From positions 224,001 through 288,000 of the forward strand of contig JAKPMO010000002.1 of assembly GCA_029548865.1 (NCBI GenBank): a DNA stretch of 64,000 bases, read 5' to 3'. The position numbers and the translations under genes were made by a program. Under the pieces are notes generated by a model. It was given only the letters and a program-made list of their open reading frames with translations, had not been told where the DNA came from and made no database searches. Below are positions 56,798 through 64,000 of the stretch, in pieces; position 1 is the stretch's first letter, and every line of letters begins with the position of its first letter. Source of the DNA: Caldisericota bacterium (GTDB lineage Bacteria; Caldisericota; Caldisericia; JAAYUI01).

Positions 56798-58087
56798 ATG
56801 AGAATACTTGCAAAAGACGCAGTCAACCATATTGGCGAAGAAATAACGCTTGAAGGCTGGATACACAATCTCAGGGAGCTCCCCGAATTCAGCTTCATTG
56901 TTTTGAGAGACAGAACGGGAACTGTACAGGGGATCCTTGAAAATCCCGACTTTGAGGTCCCGCAAATTGGAAACGAATATGTGATAAGGATGAAGGGCAA
57001 TTGCGTAAAATCCGAAATCGCAAAGGCAGGTTTTGAGATAAAAGTAACCGGAATTGAAGTCCTCTCAAAAGTTGTTGATGAATTGCCCACCCAGATCAAC
57101 AAGAAAAATCCGGTTGAGCATCTGGACAGGCTCCTTGATTACAGGTATTTTTCACTCAGACACCCAAAGCTTGCCGCAGTTTTCAAAGTACAATCCTGCA
57201 TATCAAGAGGATTCAGGGAGTACCTTTCTTCGCAAGAATTTACCGAAATACACACACCGAAAATTGTTGCCTCTGGGACCGAGGGTGGCGCAAACCTCTT
57301 CAAGGTGGACTATTTTGGCCGTCCGGCATATCTGGCCCAGTCGCCGCAATTCTACAAACAGATGATGGTTGGCGTGTTTGAGAGGGTTTTTGAGGTTGCC
57401 CCAGTCTTCAGGGCAGAACCACACAACACCAGCAGGCACGTCAACGAATACACGTCCCTTGATTTCGAGATGGGCTACATCAAGGACGAGAATGACATAA
57501 TGGACATGGAAGAGGCAGTTCTCCAGTATGTTGTAGGGCTGGTCAATGAAACATGCCAGGCCGAACTGGAACTGCTTGGCGCCAAAGTCTCAATCCCCTC
57601 CAAAATTCCGAGGATGAGGATGACAGAGGTACATGAAATCCTTGAAAAGAAATACAAAATAAAGTATCCGCAAGGATTTGACATCGATCCTGAGGGCGAA
57701 AGGGCCATTTGCGAGTATGTCCAGAAAGAAACTGGCTCGGAGTTTGTTTTCATTGATGGCTACCCGATCGAGGCAAGGCCAATGTATACAATGCCTGACC
57801 TGGAGCACCCTGGTGACACAAGAGGGTTTGACCTCATCTACAGGGGCATGGAAATAACAACTGGTGGCCAGAGGATACACGGGTTTGACATGCTGGTGGA
57901 CAACATCCGCAAATTCAAGTGCAATCCCGATGACTTTACCTTCTATACCGACGTGTTCAAATATGGCATGCCGCCGCATGGAGGGTTGGCAATCGGACTG
58001 GAGAGGATAACCTGCCAGATGCTCGGACTGAAAAACATAAGGGAGGGGACGCTCTTCCCAAGGGACCTGGACAGGCTCACACCTTAA
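56798..58087 (+). CDS. aspS: Archaeal-type (probably non-discriminating) aspartyl-tRNA synthetase
   Basis: About 430 aa; LAQSPQFYKQ, FRAEPHNTSRH, GGQRIH, GMPPHGG, FPRD; RBS before ATG56798. Confidence 0.92.
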   Translation: MRILAKDAVNHIGEEITLEGWIHNLRELPEFSFIVLRDRTGTVQGILENPDFEVPQIGNEYVIRMKGNCVKSEIAKAGFEIKVTGIEVLSKVVDELPTQINKKNPVEHLDRLLDYRYFSLRHPKLAAVFKVQSCISRGFREYLSSQEFTEIHTPKIVASGTEGGANLFKVDYFGRPAYLAQSPQFYKQMMVGVFERVFEVAPVFRAEPHNTSRHVNEYTSLDFEMGYIKDENDIMDMEEAVLQYVVGLVNETCQAELELLGAKVSIPSKIPRMRMTEVHEILEKKYKIKYPQGFDIDPEGERAICEYVQKETGSEFVFIDGYPIEARPMYTMPDLEHPGDTRGFDLIYRGMEITTGGQRIHGFDMLVDNIRKFKCNPDDFTFYTDVFKYGMPPHGGLAIGLERITCQMLGLKNIREGTLFPRDLDRLTP

Positions 58088-59349
58088 TGTCATCTTTCTG
58101 TTTTTTGACAATCGGTTGTCAAATGAATGTTTCTGATTCAGAGTTCTATTCGAGCATCCTGCTTGAGTCAGGGTTCGTTGAGGCCCCTGAGGAAGAAGCG
58201 GACATTATTTTCATAAACACCTGTGCAGTCAGGGAAGGCTCAGTTCACAAACTGGATTCGAAACTTGGCGAACTCTACAAGAGGAAAAGGCAGACAGGCC
58301 TTCCAAAAATAGGGGTTGTTGGGTGTGTTCCGGCTATAGACCTGAAGAGTTTCAAAAAAAGGCACAAACAGGTTGATTTTGTCCTGGGCACATACCATGA
58401 CAGGGAATCAATGCAGGGTGCTCTGGAAGAAGCCTTGGGATTTGAGCTCGAGCATGGCATTTCTCCGAGGGCGTCTTCAGTTTCGGCGTTTGTACCTATA
58501 ACAACTGGTTGTGACAGCTTCTGTACCTATTGCATTGTCCCGTACACGAGGGGCAGGCTTGTTTCCAGAGAGATTGAAGAAATCCTTTCTGAGGCAAAAT
58601 CATATATTGAATCCGGGGCCAAAGAAATTGTCCTTCTTGGCCAGAATGTGAATGCCTATGGTTTGGACAAAGGCAAAAAGGACGCTTTTGTCGATCTGGT
58701 ACGTAGAGTGTCAGAACTTCCAGGCGTTCTCAGGGTCAGATTCATAACTTCCCATCCAAAAGACATGGATAAAGAGACCCTTTTGAAACTGAGGGAAATA
58801 AAAAACCTTGCCTGGTTTTTCCATCTTCCCATACAGGCTGGCTCGGATGAAGTCCTCTCAAGGATGAACAGGCGCTATACTGTAGAGGACTACAGGAAGC
58901 TTGTTGAAAATGTGAGAAAAATATTCCCAGGGGCCGGCGTGACAACCGATGTTATTGTCGGTTTCCCTGGCGAAACTGAAGAGCAATTCGAGCAGACGAT
59001 GGCACTTTTCAGGGAGCTCCGTTTTGAACAGGCATACATGGCGATGTACTCGCAAAGGCCAAAGACCCCTGCGGCCAATTTCTCCGGCCAGGTTGACAGG
59101 GAGGAATTGCACCGAAGGGTAAGCACCATTGTGGAGCAGCAAAAGAGGATTGCCGAACAGGTTGGCGCGGACTATGTTGGCAGGGTCCTTAGCGTGCTGG
59201 TCGAAAATGTTGAAGATGGGCATTCTTTTGGGCTCTCGGAGACCGGCAGGCTTGTCAAGATAAAGGGCCAGTTTGAAAAAGGGACAATTGTAAAGGTAAA
59301 AATAAGCAAGCCTGGTATGAGGAGTCTGGAGGGTGAACCTGTCCAATGA
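58087..59349 (+). CDS. miaB: tRNA methylthiotransferase
   Basis: GCQMNVSDSE, NTCAVRE, GCDSFCTYC, LLGQNVNAYG, IVGFPGET, TRAM-like tail. Confidence 0.9.
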   Translation: MSSFCFLTIGCQMNVSDSEFYSSILLESGFVEAPEEEADIIFINTCAVREGSVHKLDSKLGELYKRKRQTGLPKIGVVGCVPAIDLKSFKKRHKQVDFVLGTYHDRESMQGALEEALGFELEHGISPRASSVSAFVPITTGCDSFCTYCIVPYTRGRLVSREIEEILSEAKSYIESGAKEIVLLGQNVNAYGLDKGKKDAFVDLVRRVSELPGVLRVRFITSHPKDMDKETLLKLREIKNLAWFFHLPIQAGSDEVLSRMNRRYTVEDYRKLVENVRKIFPGAGVTTDVIVGFPGETEEQFEQTMALFRELRFEQAYMAMYSQRPKTPAANFSGQVDREELHRRVSTIVEQQKRIAEQVGADYVGRVLSVLVENVEDGHSFGLSETGRLVKIKGQFEKGTIVKVKISKPGMRSLEGEPVQ

Positions 59350-60575
59350 ACCCGACAACTTATTTGTCAAAATGCGAGAGCGAGCTTTCTGGCCATTTTG
59401 CCCGAATTGACAGCATGGCTGACAGAAGGCTCATGGGAATTGTTGAAGCCTACAGAAAGGTCGGCCTCACAAATTCTGATCTGTGTGGTTCAACTGGCTA
59501 TGGGCTTGGGGATTCCTCGAGAGACAAGCTCGAAGAGGTGTACTCGATTGTTTTTGGTGGAGAGTCTGCACTCGTGAGGCCGCAGATTGCCAGCGGCACC
59601 CATGCCCTCGCGTGCGTCCTGTTTGGCCTGTCGAGGCCAGGGGACAGGATCGTTTCGATAACGGGCACCCCTTATGAGACTTTGCAGGAAGTGATTGGCA
59701 TCAGGCAATCTGTTGGTTCGCTTTCAGAATTTGGTGTTTCCTACGCTCAAACGGACTGGCGGGCTGATGGGCCAAAAGATTTTGATTTGCTGGCCCCACC
59801 GACAAAAATCGTCATGATACAGCGTTCACCCGGATACAAAACGGGGCGGCCGGTAACGATAGACAACATTGGGGAATGGGTGGAAGTCATCAGAAAAGCC
59901 GGCAGTGAAGCGGCCATAATGGTGGACAACTGCTATTGTGAATTTTGTTCCGAGAAGGAACCATGCCATGCTGGTGCCGATCTTTCGGTTGGATCACTGA
60001 TAAAAAATCCGGGTGGCGGGTTGGCCTTTACGGGTGGGTATGTTGTTGGTAAAAGTGACCTCATTTCCAGAATTGCCACAAGGGTCACGGCACCAGGCAT
60101 CGGGGCTGAGGTCGGGGCAACGTGGGGTTTCATGCTGGATGCTTTCAGGGGGCTTTTTGCTGCCCCTTCACTTTCATCCTCTGCGCTCAAAGGGGCGCTT
60201 TTGTGGGCCAAATGTTTTGCCGGCCTTGGTTTTGAGGTGAACCCAAAGCATGATGAGGAGCACGCAGATGTTGTGGTTTCAATAAAGCTTGATTCAAGAG
60301 AACTCTTCATGGCTTTTGGAAAGGCCATTCAGGAGGTATCGCCAATTGCTTCAGGTGCAACACCCGTCCCATTTGACCAGGGTGGGTATGACGCACCAGT
60401 GATGCTGGCCGGGGGAGGTTTCATATCCGGAGGTACATCAGATCTTTCCTGTGACGGCCTTGATAAACCCCCTTACTGGGTTTACGTTCAGGGAGGAGCC
60501 AACATGAACCACATAAGGCTGGGAATTTTGAATGTTCTTTCTTCTTTTGAAAGGATGGGGTTTTTTGGCGCATAG
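59346..60575 (+). CDS. ynbB: YnbB / methionine gamma-lyase family (aluminium resistance) PLP enzyme
   Basis: STGYG..RD, SGTHA, VDNCY, GSLIKNPGGG, YVQGG. Confidence 0.88.
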   Translation: MNPTTYLSKCESELSGHFARIDSMADRRLMGIVEAYRKVGLTNSDLCGSTGYGLGDSSRDKLEEVYSIVFGGESALVRPQIASGTHALACVLFGLSRPGDRIVSITGTPYETLQEVIGIRQSVGSLSEFGVSYAQTDWRADGPKDFDLLAPPTKIVMIQRSPGYKTGRPVTIDNIGEWVEVIRKAGSEAAIMVDNCYCEFCSEKEPCHAGADLSVGSLIKNPGGGLAFTGGYVVGKSDLISRIATRVTAPGIGAEVGATWGFMLDAFRGLFAAPSLSSSALKGALLWAKCFAGLGFEVNPKHDEEHADVVVSIKLDSRELFMAFGKAIQEVSPIASGATPVPFDQGGYDAPVMLAGGGFISGGTSDLSCDGLDKPPYWVYVQGGANMNHIRLGILNVLSSFERMGFFGA

Positions 60576-60960
60576 GCTCACGGTCAGGACACCAAAGAGA
60601 AACGCCTTTGTCGATATAACAAGGCTTGTCCAGGATTTTGTCTCGGTTTCAGGTTTCATTGACTGTACAGTCAGTATTTTTTGTCCCCACACAACATGTG
60701 CTGTGACCATCAATGAGAACTCTGATCCAGACGTTGTTTCTGACGCACTCAACTTCTTCTCTGCAATGGTGCCAAAAAACAGCGGTTTTTCCCATTCCGA
60801 AGGCAACTCTGATGCACACATAAAAACAATGCTTTTTGGCAATTCAGTCAGCGTTTTTGTTGAAGGTGGCAAGCTTTTATTGGGCACATGGCAGGCAATC
60901 TATCTTGCCGAGTTTGACGGGCCAAGGGAAAGGCAAATATGGCTGAAAATAACAAAGTAG
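60565..60960 (+). CDS. yjbQ: YjbQ/UPF0047 secondary thiamine-phosphate synthase family
   Basis: PHTTCAVTINE, HSEGNSDAHIK, LGTWQAIY, EFDGPRER. Confidence 0.93.
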   Translation: MAHRLTVRTPKRNAFVDITRLVQDFVSVSGFIDCTVSIFCPHTTCAVTINENSDPDVVSDALNFFSAMVPKNSGFSHSEGNSDAHIKTMLFGNSVSVFVEGGKLLLGTWQAIYLAEFDGPRERQIWLKITK

Positions 60961-61544
60961 TACTCGGCGTGCTCTCTGCCTGTTCCCCGCAATATGTTTT
61001 CGTAGGGAAGGGCAAAAAAGTCCTTTCGAGTCTGGAAATAAATTATTCCAACGGTGGCAATAAAACCTTGCCTGCCGTTGCCTCGTGCCTTGAGCAGGCA
61101 AAAATGACAATACAAGATGTCGATTTTTTTCTTGCGCTCTCAGGGCCAGGAAGTTTGACTGGAATAAGGACTGGTCTTTCGCCAATAAGGGCGTGGGGTT
61201 ATGCGCTGAACAAACCGGTGATGGCACTTCCAACATGCGATGTTATGACCCATGGAATAATAAGGCCCGTTGTGGCAATCATTCCTTCAAGGACAAATGA
61301 ATACTGGGTGCAAACGTTCACAGACAACATGAGTGAAGTACCTATGATTATCAATGCCAGCTCTCTTGATGCTTATGATATCGAAGGATATACGTGGATG
61401 TCCCCAAAAGAACTTTCACCGACCAACGCGAGCTTTGTGCTGTCCTCTCCAAAACCGGAGCAAGCGCTTGAGCTTTCTATGGAAACACAGGCCCAGTCAT
61501 GGATGAGGGCCTTGCCAAAATACCTTTTCGAGATGGAAGTATGA
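60939..61544 (+). CDS. tsaB: t6A biosynthesis protein TsaB (divergent)
   Basis: GPGSLTGIRTG; context with rimI and tsaD. Confidence 0.85.
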   Translation: MAENNKVVLGVLSACSPQYVFVGKGKKVLSSLEINYSNGGNKTLPAVASCLEQAKMTIQDVDFFLALSGPGSLTGIRTGLSPIRAWGYALNKPVMALPTCDVMTHGIIRPVVAIIPSRTNEYWVQTFTDNMSEVPMIINASSLDAYDIEGYTWMSPKELSPTNASFVLSSPKPEQALELSMETQAQSWMRALPKYLFEMEV

Positions 61545-61984
61545 TAGAGATAAGAAGGGCCAAGCCGCTTGATTTTGAAAAGGTCTATGAGATCGAGTGC
61601 CTTGTAAAAAAACAGCCATGGGGGATGCTGGATTTTTATGATGATTTCATCAACAATCCCAGGTCCATATGGTATATTGCAGAAAAAAACGGGGAAATAA
61701 TTGGCTTTGGCGGCATGTGGAGGGGTGTGGACGAGTTTCACATTGTTAATCTGGCAATAACCAATCCGGAGCGTGGAAAAGGCTACGGTAAAGAGCTTGT
61801 AAAGAAGATGCTTGAGGACGCCATGTCTGAAAAACCGAACATGGTCTTGCTTGAAGTCAGGGCGAGCAACGCCGTTGCAAAAGGCCTTTACATCCAGTTT
61901 GGTTTCAGGGAGCTCTATGTGAGAAAAAATTACTACCAGGAAGATGGCGAAGACGGGATCATCATGGTACTGGAGAGCAAATGA
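61541..61984 (+). CDS. rimI: Ribosomal protein N-acetyltransferase
   Basis: RGKGYG, LEVRASN, LYxxFGF, RKNYY. Confidence 0.92.
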   Translation: MIEIRRAKPLDFEKVYEIECLVKKQPWGMLDFYDDFINNPRSIWYIAEKNGEIIGFGGMWRGVDEFHIVNLAITNPERGKGYGKELVKKMLEDAMSEKPNMVLLEVRASNAVAKGLYIQFGFRELYVRKNYYQEDGEDGIIMVLESK

Positions 61985-62979
61985 TATCACTAGGGATTGA
62001 AACGTCATGCGATGATACCTCTGTCGGCATTGTGGACCAGTCTGGCAAGATTCTTGCGCAGATAAGGGCCTCACAGGACAGGGTGCACCAAGTCTGGGGT
62101 GGAATAGTGCCAGAACTCGCCTCGAGGGCCCACCTTGAAAACATCCTCCCAGTTGTTGACATGGCCTTCAGGGAATCAATGATCCATCCTGATGATGTTG
62201 ATATTATCACCTGTGCCTATGGGCCAGGTCTTGTGGGGAGCCTTCTGGTGGGCATAGAGACGGCAAAGGCCCTTTCTCTGGCATGGAACAAACCACTTAT
62301 TGGCGTCAATCATCTGAGGGGCCACCTGGCTGCTGTAATGCTTGCGTGTCCAGAAATGGCGATGCCGTCGCTTGGTCTCCTTGTTTCCGGTGGGCATTCA
62401 GAAGTCATTTATATTGAACCGGATTCTACTGTCAAAATGCTTGGAGAAACCAGGGATGATGCCGCCGGTGAAACACTCGACAAGTTTGGAAGAGTGCTTG
62501 GTCTTACCTATCCAGCCGGCCCTGAAATAGACAGGATGACCTTTATTGGCGATCAGAATGCGATACAGTTTCCTGTGACGAAACTGAAAGACGGAAGCAT
62601 GGATTTCAGTTTTTCCGGTCTCAAGACTGCAGGTGTGAGGGCCATAGAAAAACACCCTGAAATGTCAAAGGAAGATTTGGCTTCATCTTTTATGAAGGCT
62701 GTTGTTGACCAGCTACTCGACAGATTGCTTCTGGCAATTGAAAAAACAGAGGCAAAATCAATCTTTATAGTCGGAGGCGTTGCTTCAAGCGCATACCTGA
62801 AAGAGCGTGTGACCAAACTTGGTGACTCAGTCGGACTTCCGGTTTTTGTTCCCCCCCCCTCCCTTTGCACCGATAATGGATCAATGATAGCCTATTGCGG
62901 GTTTCTCTATCAACAGTTCGGGAGAAAATCCGGGCTCGATCTCCAGCCACAATCCAGATTGCCGATCACGGCCATGTGA
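61981..62979 (+). CDS. tsaD: tRNA N6-threonylcarbamoyltransferase
   Basis: GIETSCDDT, GGIVPELASRAH, NHLRGH, SGGH, DDAAGE, FSFSGLKT, CTDN. Confidence 0.97.
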   Translation: MISLGIETSCDDTSVGIVDQSGKILAQIRASQDRVHQVWGGIVPELASRAHLENILPVVDMAFRESMIHPDDVDIITCAYGPGLVGSLLVGIETAKALSLAWNKPLIGVNHLRGHLAAVMLACPEMAMPSLGLLVSGGHSEVIYIEPDSTVKMLGETRDDAAGETLDKFGRVLGLTYPAGPEIDRMTFIGDQNAIQFPVTKLKDGSMDFSFSGLKTAGVRAIEKHPEMSKEDLASSFMKAVVDQLLDRLLLAIEKTEAKSIFIVGGVASSAYLKERVTKLGDSVGLPVFVPPPSLCTDNGSMIAYCGFLYQQFGRKSGLDLQPQSRLPITAM

Positions 62980-62983
62980 TTCG

Positions 62984-63011
62984 TTGACAAGTTAAATCCG
63001 AAGGTTAAAAT
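62984..63011 (+). promoter_or_regulatory. Sigma70-type promoter of the two-component operon
   Basis: TTGACA-16 nt-TAAAAT, RBS AAGGAGG. Confidence 0.7.
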
Positions 63012-63032
63012 GATTTTGACCAAGGAGGTTAA

Positions 63033-63770
63033 ATGAGTAATCAAGTGCCGCCAAACAAGAAGAAAATTCTGGTTATAGACGATGAACACAGGATCGTCGA
63101 GACCATAACATACAACCTGAGGGCTGAAGGCTATACGGTTTTTACAGCTGCAACAGCTGAAGAAGGTCTTGAGCAGCTCAGGAGGAGACAGCCTGATCTG
63201 GTTGTCCTTGACCTCATGCTTCCTGGAATGAGTGGCACCGATTTTTTACGCATAATACGTCAGGAGTCACAGGTCCCTGTTATCATTCTTACTGCAAAAA
63301 CATCTGAAATAGACAAAGTTGTCAATCTGAAGATGGGTTCTGACGACTACATGACAAAGCCGTACTCGTTTGCAGAGCTTCTTGCAAGGATTGAAGCCCT
63401 ATTGAGACGCACCAACCAGGCCCCAAAGATTGCCGAGGAGAGGGCACCCGAAGAGATCAGGGTTGGCGACCTCTACATGAACTACTCGAAGAGGGAATGC
63501 GTCATAAACGGCAAACCGGTCAACCTTGGTTATAAGGAATTTGAAATACTGTGGTTCCTTGCAAGCAATCCGGACAAGGTTTTCAGAAGAGATGACATTA
63601 TGAGCAAGGTCTGGGGTATCGAGGGCATTCCGCTTGATACGAAGACGGTTGATGTGCATATCCGCTGGATCCGCAAAAAAATTGAGCCAGAGCCAGAGAA
63701 TCCAAAGTACATAGAAACTGTGAGGGGCGTGGGCTACAAATTCTCCACGCACAAGGCATCTGAAAATTGA
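63033..63770 (+). CDS. OmpR/PhoB-family response regulator
   Basis: VIDDE, LDLMLPG, LTAK, TKPYS, TVDVHIRWIRKKIE, TVRGVGY. Confidence 0.96.
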   Translation: MSNQVPPNKKKILVIDDEHRIVETITYNLRAEGYTVFTAATAEEGLEQLRRRQPDLVVLDLMLPGMSGTDFLRIIRQESQVPVIILTAKTSEIDKVVNLKMGSDDYMTKPYSFAELLARIEALLRRTNQAPKIAEERAPEEIRVGDLYMNYSKRECVINGKPVNLGYKEFEILWFLASNPDKVFRRDDIMSKVWGIEGIPLDTKTVDVHIRWIRKKIEPEPENPKYIETVRGVGYKFSTHKASEN

Positions 63771-64000
63771 ACCTTTGGGTTAGGCTATTTCTAACCTTCC
63801 TTATCTGCCTTTCGCTGACCCTCTCGATGTTGGGGGTCTTTTTTGCGTTGACCTTCAGGGATTACTACGAAACAGAACTCTTCAATAGGATGCTCTTTCA
63901 AGCTGATGTTTTAGAGCCGCGCCTAAAATCATTTATTTTGAGCGGCAACCCTTTTGGGGTTAGTGATTTTCTCAAGGAAGAATCAAACAAATTCCCTTTG
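63767..64000 (+). CDS. Probable sensor histidine kinase, N-terminal part only (runs off the window)
   Basis: TTG overlaps the regulator stop; MNLWVRLFLTFLICLSLTLSMLGVFF TM; frame open to the window end. Confidence 0.65.
   Translation, partial: MNLWVRLFLTFLICLSLTLSMLGVFFALTFRDYYETELFNRMLFQADVLEPRLKSFILSGNPFGVSDFLKEESNKFPL

Overview
64 kb of core chromosome from an anaerobic, fermentative bacterium of about 45% GC (estimated by eye). A deep-branching lineage such as Caldisericota is plausible, but that is inference only. The left part holds an ECF sigma cluster, a 10.6-kb hdrC-hdrB-FNOR-4Fe4S-mvhD'-hdrA-mvhD-mvhG-mvhA-protease operon, and a vor-type 2-oxoacid:ferredoxin oxidoreductase operon headed by a heme-type lipoprotein and ending in pfkA. 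The middle holds a frameshifted trkA, a divergent SCIFF/ranthipeptide pair, pspA, a heterodimeric ABC exporter, porCDAB, cobB, mrr, pth and a serine-pathway operon. The right part holds three tRNAs, four paralogous membrane proteins, gpmI, minDE, a cca-S2P-trpS-scpAB cluster, aspS-miaB-ynbB-yjbQ-tsaB-rimI-tsaD and a two-component system cut by the window end. I found no CRISPR array, transposase, integrase or prophage. Best candidates for novelty: (1) an unannotated structured RNA with two crossing long-range stems that encloses a 31-codon ORF at 43.55-43.83 kb; (2) a SCIFF precursor lacking the Cys used in the characterised crosslink, with a maturase that appears to start at CTG; (3) an Hdr-Mvh operon with an inserted NAD(P)H/FAD plus Fe-S module and an MvhD-wHTH fusion; (4) a Ser-codon uORF overlapping a three-way-junction leader of the serine operon; (5) widespread leaderless genes and 16-bp promoter spacers; (6) two intramembrane pseudo-proteases. 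All calls come from motif recognition by eye; no searches or folding programs were run.
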